Both the position numbers and the translations under genes were made by a program. A stretch of 64,000 nt of DNA, taken from the IMG/VR virus record IMGVR_UViG_3300040801_001224, positions 62,001 to 126,000 of that record, one strand, 5' to 3'. Under the pieces are notes generated by a model. That model ran no database searches and was not told the origin of the DNA. It saw nothing but the letters and a program-made list of their open reading frames with translations. The stretch's first letter is position 1. Each line of letters starts with the position of its first letter. Below are positions 18,606-28,700 of the stretch, in pieces.

Positions 18606-19784
18606 ATGAAAATGACTAAATTATTTGAATCTAACTGGGCAAAAACTAAAGAAGCACTTTTAGAAGGCGTTTCTGGTGCCCGTCGTCAATCTCTTGACGT
18701 TGTGTTTGAAAACACTAAATCACAAATGTTACGTGAATCTGCAAGTGCTGGTGCTACAGCGGCAGGTAACATTGCTACAATTAACAAGGTTATGCTACCA
18801 CTTATTCGTCGTGTAATGCCAACGGTTATTGCTAACGAAATCATGGGTGTACAGCCAATGACTGGTCCAGTAGGCCAGATCCACACATTACGTACTCGTT
18901 ACGCTGACACAGCTGACGGTGTTACTGCTGGTACTGAAGCACTATCTCCATTCGATATTGCTCGTGCTTACTCTGGTAACAACGTTGACGCTGATCCAGC
19001 GGCGGCAGGTACAGCGGCTCTAGAAGGTCGTCCAGGTAAGCGTATGTCTATCCAGATTCTAAAGGAAACTGTAGAAGCTAAGACACGTAAGCTATCTGCA
19101 CGTTGGACTTTCGAAGCGGCACAAGATGCTAATGCTGTTCACGGTATTGACATCGAAGCAGAAATTATGCAAGCTCTAGCTCAAGAAATTACTGTTGAAA
19201 TCGACCAAGAAATGTTAAACAACCTACGTTCACTTTCTGGTGCGGCTCCAGTAACTTATGACCAGGCGGCAGTTTCTGGTACAGCAACTTACGTTGGTGA
19301 CGAACACGCGGCACTAGCTATCATGATTAACGAGCAGGCTAACTTAGTAGCGGCACGTACACGTCGTGGTGCGGCTAACTGGGCTGTTGTTTCTCCAACT
19401 GCTTTAACTATCCTACAGTCAGCGACTACTTCTAGCTTCGCACGTACTACTGAAGGTCAGTTCGAAGCTCCAACTAACACTAAGTTAGCTGGTACATTAA
19501 ACAGCACTATGAAGATCTTCGTAGACCAGTACGCGGCTTCAGACGAAGCAGTACTATTAGGTTACAAAGGTACTACAGAAACAGACGCGGCGGCATTCTA
19601 CTGCCCATACATTCCATTAATGAGCACAGGCCCAGTAATGGATCCACAGACATTCGAGCCAGTTGTTAGCTTCATGACACGTTATGGATACGTAGAGCTT
19701 ACAAACAGCGCGAACTCTCTTGGTAACGCGGCTGATTACTTAAGCAAAGTCGGCATCGACGGCACAACTCTTACATTCTTCTAA
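18606..19784 (+). CDS. gp23: Major capsid protein
   Basis: IMGVQPMTGPVGQI, TVEAKTRKLSARWTFEAAQD, EIDQE, AFYCPYIPL, FMTRYG. Confidence 0.97.
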   Translation: MKMTKLFESNWAKTKEALLEGVSGARRQSLDVVFENTKSQMLRESASAGATAAGNIATINKVMLPLIRRVMPTVIANEIMGVQPMTGPVGQIHTLRTRYADTADGVTAGTEALSPFDIARAYSGNNVDADPAAAGTAALEGRPGKRMSIQILKETVEAKTRKLSARWTFEAAQDANAVHGIDIEAEIMQALAQEITVEIDQEMLNNLRSLSGAAPVTYDQAAVSGTATYVGDEHAALAIMINEQANLVAARTRRGAANWAVVSPTALTILQSATTSSFARTTEGQFEAPTNTKLAGTLNSTMKIFVDQYAASDEAVLLGYKGTTETDAAAFYCPYIPLMSTGPVMDPQTFEPVVSFMTRYGYVELTNSANSLGNAADYLSKVGIDGTTLTFF

Positions 19785-19808
19785 GAACTGTTTAAGTTTA
19801 TTGCTATT

Positions 19809-19839
19809 AAAAAGACTCGCTTTATGCGGGTCTTTTTTT
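19809..19839 (+). terminator. Intrinsic terminator after gp23
   Basis: AAAAAGACTCGC-TTTAT-GCGGGTC followed by T7. Confidence 0.85.
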
Positions 19840-19880
19840 GTGTCTATGATAAATACGTATAACACAGGTGCGAAGGTAAT

Positions 19881-21548
19881 ATGAACGAACGAGAACAAAT
19901 TATAGAACTTATCAAACAAAAACCAAAACATGTAACACAAATTATTAAAAGAGATGATCGGTTATCGATGTATGTATCGGATAATAAAAGAGTTAGTTCG
20001 GCTATATACGCAGAAGAAGTGTATTCGGCTATATACCCAGAAACAACGAACATATGTCCTAATAATAACTTAAAAAAGTTTAAATCGATTAAAGCCGGTT
20101 ATGCTTTTTGTGGCAGGGCAAACTCGTGCGAATGCGCTCGAAAGTCTGTGTCAGATAGTGTGTCGGCGAGTAAATCGAAATTTACAGATAACGATATATT
20201 AAATATTAACCGCAAACGAGAAGCAACCAATATAAAAAAATACGGAGTAAGCAATGTTGGACAGACAGCAAAAGCCAAAGCCAATCACCAAGCATATTAC
20301 GCAGACGACAATAATGTGTCTAAAACTGTTAAACAAATCGAACAAACAAAATTAGATAATTGGGGCAATAAGCATTATAATAATAGTCAGCAAATATCCT
20401 CTACCTGGCGGCAAAAGTCAGATAACGAAAAACAAAGAATAACCAAACAACGATTAAAAACGTATGCTGATAAGTATGGAGATAAGTCACTTCACCTTCT
20501 TCAGTCTTGGTATGATAAATTATGTGATTTTTTCGAAACTCACTACGATGTCAGTATGCTAACAAGCAAAGAAGAATACGTGGGTGTAAGTAACCAACAA
20601 TATTACGAGTTTAAGTGTAATAAATGCGAAGCAGAATTTACTACATACATAGATAATGGCCATCCGCCAATTTGTAAAAAATGTAATCCATCTCCTAAGT
20701 CTCAACCAGAACAAGATATACATGATTGGCTTGTAATGCATGGCATAGATCACGAGATGAACAACAAAACTATTTTAGATGGCAAAGAACTTGACATATA
20801 CATACCGGAAAAAAATATAGCAATTGAATATTGCGGTCTATATTGGCATTCGGATTTTCATAGTAGGATTGACAAATGGTATCACTACGACAAATGGAAA
20901 CAATGCCGAGACAAGAACATCCATCTTATAACTATATTCTCAGACCAATGGGTTCATAAGCGTGATATTGTACTTAAACGTCTTGAAACTAAATTAAAGA
21001 TAAATGTTAAATCTATCGGGGCTCGGAAAACACGTATACGCGAACTAACGAACACAGAAGAAAAAGAATTCTTCTTATTTAATCACATACAAGGCTACAA
21101 TCCAAGTAGAGTGGCTTATGGTTTAATAGAAAATGGCGAAATTGTAGCGGCCATGAGTTTTAAAAAGGTAAGATACCATAGCAAAGATTTATCAAAGGAC
21201 GACTGGGAATTACTAAGGTTTGCTTCATGTAAAAATGTGCAAGGCGGTGCAAGTAAACTTTTTAGGCATTTTATTAAAACAGTCGCCCCTTCGAAAATAG
21301 TTAGTTATAGTGATAATGACTGGAATACAGGGGGATTATATGAACAACTAGGGTTTACGTTGTCGAGGATTAGTGGACCATCATACTGGTACGCCAATGT
21401 CAACGATGATATTAGGTATCATCGGTTTAATTTTAGGAAGAAGGACACCGACCCTGACATGCCAGAAAATCAACGTGTATTTGAATCGCATAAATATCTA
21501 AGGTTTTGGGATACAGGCAATACTCGTTGGATATGGCAAGCCAGTTAA
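19881..21548 (+). CDS. Hef-like homing endonuclease (PD-(D/E)xK/Vsr-like nuclease plus GNAT/Mom-like C-terminal domain)
   Basis: CNKC...CKKC Zn ribbon; ELDIYIPEKNIAIEYCGLYWHS; NHIQG, WELLRFAS, GGASKLF, SYSD...GGLYEQLGF; own GATAAATA at 19848-19855. Confidence 0.75.
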   Translation: MNEREQIIELIKQKPKHVTQIIKRDDRLSMYVSDNKRVSSAIYAEEVYSAIYPETTNICPNNNLKKFKSIKAGYAFCGRANSCECARKSVSDSVSASKSKFTDNDILNINRKREATNIKKYGVSNVGQTAKAKANHQAYYADDNNVSKTVKQIEQTKLDNWGNKHYNNSQQISSTWRQKSDNEKQRITKQRLKTYADKYGDKSLHLLQSWYDKLCDFFETHYDVSMLTSKEEYVGVSNQQYYEFKCNKCEAEFTTYIDNGHPPICKKCNPSPKSQPEQDIHDWLVMHGIDHEMNNKTILDGKELDIYIPEKNIAIEYCGLYWHSDFHSRIDKWYHYDKWKQCRDKNIHLITIFSDQWVHKRDIVLKRLETKLKINVKSIGARKTRIRELTNTEEKEFFLFNHIQGYNPSRVAYGLIENGEIVAAMSFKKVRYHSKDLSKDDWELLRFASCKNVQGGASKLFRHFIKTVAPSKIVSYSDNDWNTGGLYEQLGFTLSRISGPSYWYANVNDDIRYHRFNFRKKDTDPDMPENQRVFESHKYLRFWDTGNTRWIWQAS

Positions 21549-21564
21549 ATCTAACAAATTGTGA

Positions 21565-21765
21565 TTAGTGTTTTCGAAACACTTCAGAGCTTAAGAAGTA
21601 AAATAATATGAAGCAGATCATGTATGAAAGGTATGGTGTGTGGAAGGCAGGCGCACATTCAACGCTTATTATCACATAAACGAAAGCGAGTAAGCCGCCT
21701 GATACTATGTTATCAGTGGAGCTTGCGATTAGGCCAGCTAACAGTATTAAAAGTATAATTTCCAT
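21565..21765 (-). CDS. Small membrane protein
   Basis: 66 aa, mostly hydrophobic; TATAAATA on the - strand at 21771-21778. Confidence 0.5.
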   Translation of the reverse strand: MEIILLILLAGLIASSTDNIVSGGLLAFVYVIISVECAPAFHTPYLSYMICFILFYFLSSEVFRKH

Positions 21766-21873
21766 ACTATTATTTATATAAAAGTGGTCCTTCTAAAATG
21801 TCGACTAGTTCACAAATTTAAAAAATGTTATTGAATTGATAAATACGATATAATACGTTTAGGATTTCATTCT

Positions 21874-23826
21874 ATGTCAAAAATAATAAAATTACAAGGC
21901 GCAACACCAACATATGAGATTAAATCATCTACTCCGGGTGGTGTTGTGGGATTCCAAGTTGGTGGCGACGCAGTCATTGACGGAAATCTAACAGTTCAAG
22001 GAACAACTACAACTATTGAATCAGAAACACTTTCTGTTGCTGACAATAGCATTCTTCTTAATAGCAACTTTTTAAGTGGCGCACCAACAGAAGATTCAGG
22101 TATTGAGGTTTCACGTGGTGATGAACCGAATGTTTTCTTACAGTGGAACGAGACTACTGATGCCTGGCAACTAACTGATAACACGGGTACATTCTATGAT
22201 ATTATACATCAGGGAGTCACTGGATCAGGCTCAGGATTAGATGCTGATACACTTGATGGTGTAGATAGTACTGAATTTGCGATTAAAGACATTAATGAAA
22301 TAGTTTCTGGACGATGGACGTTTGATGCGTCACAAGGCTCAACACCATTGAATAGTACTTACATAGAACTAAATGGTATTGATAACTCAAATATTAACTT
22401 TGAAAATGCCGGGACATTGCGTATGCAGGCCAGCGCATCGGCAACTAATTTTGCGTTAAGAAGACATGATGTTACGGGAACATTTATAGAGTCAAATCTT
22501 GTTGTAAATCTTGACTCAGGTGTAATGACATTGGCGTCTGATGATACAATTATATTGGACACGCCAAGATTATTAGGAATAGCAGACCAAGATTTAACTA
22601 TTATAGCAGGGTCTAACACTGTATTAAATGGCGACGGCTATGATCTAGTACTGAGACCAGGCGTAGCAAACGGAACAGGTAATGAAGGTAAAGTAGTTGT
22701 AGGTGGCTCAACACCTGAATTAACATCACTATCTAGCCTTGCGCTAACGGCTACAGGTGATTTAAGTATACAGGGTTTAGTGTACCCAAGCGCAGATGGA
22801 ACATCGGGCCAAGCAATACTTACTGATGGTGCTGGCAACTTAACGTTTGGTTCTATTGATCTAGATGGTGTGTTAGCATCAGATCTACAAGGCCCTAACG
22901 AAATTATTAGAATGAATGCCGCTGGAACGGCATGGGAATATGTTGTAGATTTCCAGGAACTATCTCAAGATACAACACCACAACTAGGTGGCAACTTAGA
23001 TGTTAACGGCAATAGTATTGTGGGTGATATTGTTCTTGACCCAACGACTAACATTGTTGTTGATGGTGGAATTAAAGCTACTGACGATACAGCACTCACA
23101 ATTGGTGCGGGTAATTCGACAGGGACAGGTGCCGATTTAATCCTAGAGCCGGGTACAGGCACAACGGCTGACGGAAACGTAGTCATTGGCACACCATCTT
23201 CAGATACAGTAATTGAGGCGCCTTCAGGCAACTTAATATTTGATATACAGGACGGCTCAAGTGTTATTATTGGTGATAGCTCATCAGCTAGTCCACAACT
23301 AAGTCCAGACACAGGCGTTGATCTAACTGTTTCAGGTGGAGATAGCATAGCGCCTGATACTGCCGATGGCGGTGATTTAATACTTCGTGGTGGCATTTCA
23401 GACTTAGGCACACCAGGTAGAGTTGTTATTGACAGCGACGTAGTGTTTAATGGAAACGCACCCACTGGCACACCATACCCAATTAACTTTTTTATACATG
23501 ACTTGTTCACAACTGGCGCCAACGCAAATGCGGTTATGTCAGGACACGGTGTTACTGATGATGCGACATTGTCAGCAACAGGCCATGTAGGCCAAGCGTT
23601 TATTGCTTCGGCCACAACATTTAGCTATATTATTAGACGTTTACGTGGGGCGACCTCAACTGACATAGGTACTATTGAATTCTCGGCTGGTAACGGAATA
23701 GCTACAAACTTTACTATCACGGATAGTACATTATTAGCAGGTGATGTGTTGTTGATTGTCAATCCACCAACCCCGGATTCTAACATAGATCACATCACTA
23801 TCACGCTTAAATCTACTACATCGTGA
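21874..23826 (+). CDS. Virion structural / fibre-like protein
   Basis: GNLTVQGTTTTIESETLSVADN, GSGSGLDADTLDG and DTTPQLGGNLDVNG motifs typical of T4-like fibres; GATAAATA at 21838. Confidence 0.7.
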   Translation: MSKIIKLQGATPTYEIKSSTPGGVVGFQVGGDAVIDGNLTVQGTTTTIESETLSVADNSILLNSNFLSGAPTEDSGIEVSRGDEPNVFLQWNETTDAWQLTDNTGTFYDIIHQGVTGSGSGLDADTLDGVDSTEFAIKDINEIVSGRWTFDASQGSTPLNSTYIELNGIDNSNINFENAGTLRMQASASATNFALRRHDVTGTFIESNLVVNLDSGVMTLASDDTIILDTPRLLGIADQDLTIIAGSNTVLNGDGYDLVLRPGVANGTGNEGKVVVGGSTPELTSLSSLALTATGDLSIQGLVYPSADGTSGQAILTDGAGNLTFGSIDLDGVLASDLQGPNEIIRMNAAGTAWEYVVDFQELSQDTTPQLGGNLDVNGNSIVGDIVLDPTTNIVVDGGIKATDDTALTIGAGNSTGTGADLILEPGTGTTADGNVVIGTPSSDTVIEAPSGNLIFDIQDGSSVIIGDSSSASPQLSPDTGVDLTVSGGDSIAPDTADGGDLILRGGISDLGTPGRVVIDSDVVFNGNAPTGTPYPINFFIHDLFTTGANANAVMSGHGVTDDATLSATGHVGQAFIASATTFSYIIRRLRGATSTDIGTIEFSAGNGIATNFTITDSTLLAGDVLLIVNPPTPDSNIDHITITLKSTTS

Positions 23827-23877
23827 TAAATACATAGAACATTATATTTAATTAATTTTTTATAGGAGAATATTAAA

Positions 23878-24285
23878 ATGGCATTAGTAGTACCAAATTC
23901 AGCAGAAGGCTTTATCTTAGGCTACATTGTTGGAACTGATACACCAGAAGCATTAACTATTCGTTTATTTGGAAACGATTACACACCAACTGAAATTGAC
24001 ACAGTAGCGGCTTACACTGAAGTTACTGGCGGTGGTTATGCGGGAATTAGCTTAAGTTCACTTAACTGGACTATTACTGACGGCGATCCTTCACTAGCAG
24101 AGCATACTCAGGTTTCATGGACATTTGACGCAACTGCGGCATCTGTAGGTAACGTTTACGGTTACTATGTAACTCGTGATACTTCTAGTGATTTAGTATG
24201 GGCTGAGCGTTTCACAAACGGTCCTTACAACATCCAGACTGAAAACGATCAAATCAGAATTACACCACGTCTAACTGCTAACTAA
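23878..24285 (+). CDS. Small virion structural protein
   Basis: YTEVTGGGYAGISL...VYGYYV...LVWAERF pattern; RBS AGGAG; GATAAATA at 23825. Confidence 0.6.
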   Translation: MALVVPNSAEGFILGYIVGTDTPEALTIRLFGNDYTPTEIDTVAAYTEVTGGGYAGISLSSLNWTITDGDPSLAEHTQVSWTFDATAASVGNVYGYYVTRDTSSDLVWAERFTNGPYNIQTENDQIRITPRLTAN

Positions 24286-24295
24286 GGAGTAGATT

Positions 24296-24802
24296 ATGTC
24301 TAAGGACTTTAAATCTACCGTAGATCAGACCGTGGCACGTAAGGTTGCAGAAAAATCTGCAATCGTAGAAGCTGAAAAGAAAGCTGTTCGAGAACAAGAG
24401 CAAATGGCTCAAATTACCGAACAGTTTTCTAACACCTTCATGGTCGAGAAAGTTGTTCACAAGATTAAAGAGCAAATGGCAGAAGATTTTCGTCAAGAGC
24501 TTGAAGAGGGACTTGCTGTTCAGATTGCAGAGTCAGTTCGTGAAGAAGTGACTGAGCAAGTTCGAGGTGAACTAAAGCAACAGTTAGACGAAAGAGTTCT
24601 TGAGTCTAACTTATTACTCATTAAAGCTATAAAAGCATTATCGGATAAAATTGAGAGTGTTAACGAAAGCTTAAATGTCGAAGTACCAACGCCAGTGGTT
24701 CATATGAACATGCCAACGATTACACGTAAAGTTAATCGTGGTGACAACGGTTTAGTTGAAAGTATTACGGAAGAATTTGACAATAACAATAGCGAGGAGT
24801 AA
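24296..24802 (+). CDS. Coiled-coil virion-associated protein
   Basis: E/Q-rich helical body with a VEVPTPVVHMNMP C-terminal segment. Confidence 0.55.
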   Translation: MSKDFKSTVDQTVARKVAEKSAIVEAEKKAVREQEQMAQITEQFSNTFMVEKVVHKIKEQMAEDFRQELEEGLAVQIAESVREEVTEQVRGELKQQLDERVLESNLLLIKAIKALSDKIESVNESLNVEVPTPVVHMNMPTITRKVNRGDNGLVESITEEFDNNNSEE

Positions 24803-24805
24803 TAA

Positions 24806-25759
24806 ATGGCTGACAATACTCAGTTAAATGAAAACTCAACGCCAGGGGATATTATCGCTACCGATGACATCGGTGGGGTTAAACACCAGCGTGTAAAAGT
24901 ACAGTATGGTCCAGACGGCAGTGCGACTGACGTTACAGAGACTACTCCCCTTCCAGTTACAGTAACTAACCAAGATGACGGTCCAATCGAAATTACAATT
25001 GTTGAGACACCAAACCCAACAACTGTACCAGTTGATGTATACGGTGAGATCATTGGAAATGCGTATACAACTGCGAATGTCGACGGTTTTGACGTTTGGC
25101 GTGGTGGTGAATTAACACCTGCACCGTCTATTGCTAATATTCAAAGAATTCCATTGCCAGCAAGTGCTGGTGAGCAGATGGAAATTGTTTCTGAAAGCGG
25201 ATCAAACTCAGCGGCCGGCACAGGCATAAGAACACTGCGTATCGTATACCTGGATCCAGCGGGAAATGAGTTATTTGAAGATATTACTTTAAACGGAACT
25301 ACACCAGTAACATCTACGGCCACTGATATCGCTTTTGTTCAGAACTTATTCGCATTAACAGTTGGCACGAACGGGTCAGCAACCGGCCATATTAAAGTGC
25401 GTAGAGTTGGCACAACCAACTTAGTATTTAATATGATTGCCGCAGGTGATAACAGCTCAGGCATTTCACAATATAAAGTTCCAGCGGGCAAGACACTTGT
25501 CCTAAAAAGCTGGAATGCGTCGGAAGCATTTAGTCGACGAGTAACTTATCGTGTACGTTCAACTGATGAGAGCGGAATATTAGTTCCAGATGTATTCATT
25601 TCAAAAGGATCTGTAGCATTGGACAATATTACATCAGGGTCACTTGTACTTAACGCAAGAATCCCACCACTGTCTGTTGTTAAAGTTACCGGATTTGGTG
25701 ACCAGATTGACTGGGGTGGCTCAGTTTCGTGGTATGGCGAACTCATAGATAACCCATAG
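24806..25759 (+). CDS. Virion structural protein (beta-rich)
   Basis: IATDDIGGVKHQRVKVQYG N-terminus; QYKVPAGKT; late operon context. Confidence 0.6.
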   Translation: MADNTQLNENSTPGDIIATDDIGGVKHQRVKVQYGPDGSATDVTETTPLPVTVTNQDDGPIEITIVETPNPTTVPVDVYGEIIGNAYTTANVDGFDVWRGGELTPAPSIANIQRIPLPASAGEQMEIVSESGSNSAAGTGIRTLRIVYLDPAGNELFEDITLNGTTPVTSTATDIAFVQNLFALTVGTNGSATGHIKVRRVGTTNLVFNMIAAGDNSSGISQYKVPAGKTLVLKSWNASEAFSRRVTYRVRSTDESGILVPDVFISKGSVALDNITSGSLVLNARIPPLSVVKVTGFGDQIDWGGSVSWYGELIDNP

Positions 25760-25770
25760 TGAGGTAAGAC

Positions 25771-28700
25771 ATGCCATTGCTCTTACCCTTACGCCTTAAC
25801 ATTGATGGAGAAGCGCCGGATATTGTATTTGGCGGACATTCTAACGACTATCAAATATTTGCAGGCGAAGAAATAGTATTTGGCGGTGAAGCTGAAACGG
25901 GCTTCTCTCAAGGCTACATTCCAAATCCAAACGGCACAGACGAAGACATAGTCTTCGGAGTGTGTATAGAACCATCAGTTGCTTTTGAGAACATAGCAAC
26001 AGCGACTGGTATATCTGTTACGGCAAATATAGGCACTCCAAAGACTAAAAGATTAGTCGTAATCGCTCTTAGCGATGAAGGGGCATATCCTGAAGAGTTC
26101 CAAGGCGATGTATTTGTGGACGGCAAACTTGCTACGCGAATCGCGGTAGCACAAAACACTGCCGGTTTACAAAACCACCAAGAAATGTTTGCTATTCACG
26201 AGGATCAACTTGGCACATCATCAGGGACAGTTAATGTAACATATACGGGTGGCAATGCAGGCTGGGGCATAAGAGCAATGCTATACACTGGTATTAAGAG
26301 TGTTATTCCTTTTGATGTTGGGATTGATAATACAAACATAGGACCGGATTTAGTAACAACAACACTTGATACTCCACCCGGCGGTTTATTAGTTTACGGT
26401 GTTAGTAATGGTTGGGAATTTGAAACTATTGAGTATCCTGCGCCAATAAATAAGAGAAATATTGGCCTTAACGATCCACCAGATTCAGTAAAATTTACGA
26501 TAGGTGACGTAATTGGAACACCTGACGAAACAGACGCAGTGTATACGGCCGATCCAGGACCTCAATTACGCAGTACAGGCATTGCCGCGTCTTGGGAAAG
26601 AGCTAATTGTGATGCTACGGGCTCACCCTCGTTTACAGTCAATATTAATACTCCACCATCAGCCGCAGATCTTTTTGTACGCTTTACTAGAACAGATAAC
26701 TCAACAACAGGAACGGCTGACCGTGTACCTAACAACGGTGGCGTTCACATATTAAAGCTAGACCCATCTGACAATTACGGTCGATATACAGCCTCAGCGC
26801 AAGGTCTTATCACAGCAACCGAATCAGACATGGTTCTTGACACAACTATTGAGCAAGATCCTGGTATTACACGAGTAGGAAATTCAGTAACATTAGCCAA
26901 CACAGGACGTTACTTAGTTCATTATGAAATGGACTTACAGCATTCTTCAGCAAATGATAGAACAGATGCCACAGCGTTTATTGAAGCAAACGGTACAAGA
27001 ATAGATGGCACTAGATCTTATGCGTATATGCGTGGCCTTGATGGCACTAATGACGGCGCATTAACATGGACAGGCATAATTGATATAAATGCTGGAGATT
27101 CAATTACAGTACGACATCAAAAAACTGATGGGCAAGATTCAACAATTAACCCATCTACCACATTCTTGCAGATTTGGGAAATACCTGCCAACGGTGACGA
27201 AGTAATAATGGAAGCCACTACCGGCGATTTCAATGCTAATGGCATATTTACATACGACACGTTACCGCATATAGACACTGACTCATTTACAGCTACCGCC
27301 GGTGGCAATAGCATTACAGTTGATCAGCAAGATCACGTACTATCGTTCGCTACAATGGGTAGATCTACTCAAACAGCACCACGAGCATATCCAGAAGTAC
27401 GTTTTGTTCTTGATGGAACAACACTTGACTACATGTCGGCCGGTGTATACGAACGTGATTCTGGCGGCCAAGCTCTTGCTAATAATGTTGCCGGTATTAT
27501 TCCTTCAGTTGACGCTAATGGTGTTATACAGGTAGAAACTACACAAGCATCAGGACAAGGTGGTACAGTAACTAATACTGAAGGACAGTTTGCGTTACTA
27601 TCGTTAGAGTCTGTATTTGGACCTTATACATATCCACCAACAGCAACATCAAATAGTAGTATTGGTGACTTTTTAATACTTAGTAATAATGGGTTGTCAG
27701 ACGCACTAGGTACTGCCGGAACACTAGATCCGAATTGGGATACAGTGGTAGCACAACAAGGTTCGGTAGGATCATACAACAACGGAAAATTTTCTCTAAG
27801 ACCAGGCAAATATTTAATAATGTATTCAGAGAAGTTTGCGACTCTAAATACGACAAACAATGAACGTTTTGAAATACAAGGTGAGATAGTTCAAGACGGT
27901 GTTGGTGTCATAGGTGGACGTGGATCAGACTATATACGCAAATCTTCTGGACAACAATCATGTATAGTGTCTGGTGCGATGATTGTGGATATTCCTGGTG
28001 AAGATCTACCTGACGACATAATATTTAATGGCGAAGCGGAAACTTCTAATGCTGAAATATTTGATTACGACCCAGTGACAGACAGCATAATATTTAACGG
28101 CGATTCCGGTAACGATACAGAGATTTCTATAGGCTATGATCCAGTAACTGATCCAAATGATAATTTAATTTTCAACGGCTCGGCAGAAACAGGGTTCGAC
28201 CAGATCTATGTACCAAATCCAAATGGCACTGACATAGATATTGTATTTAATGGCACAGCAGTCGTTACATTTGTTGATACATTTGAATATGAACCACATC
28301 CAGGTGATGTAAACATTGTGTTTGGTGGCGATGCTGATGACACAGGCGTGTCATTCGACTTTAATCCTAATCCAAATGGTACTGATGTTGACATTGTGTT
28401 TGATGGAAACGCAGGTGATGATGTAGAAGTAACGTTTATTTACAATACAAATCCAGATGGAACAGATGAAGACTTAATATTTAACGGCAGTGCTGGTGAT
28501 GATGTGGAAGTAACATTCACATATAACCCAAATCCAGATGGAACAGATGAAGACTTAATATTTAACGGCAATGCTGGTGATGATGTTAGCGTATCATTTG
28601 GATATTTGCCTAATCCGAGTGATAATGTTGTAGATATAGTATTTGATGGCAACGCAGGTGATGACGTTGGTATTACTGTTAATATTAATCCAGAAACAGA

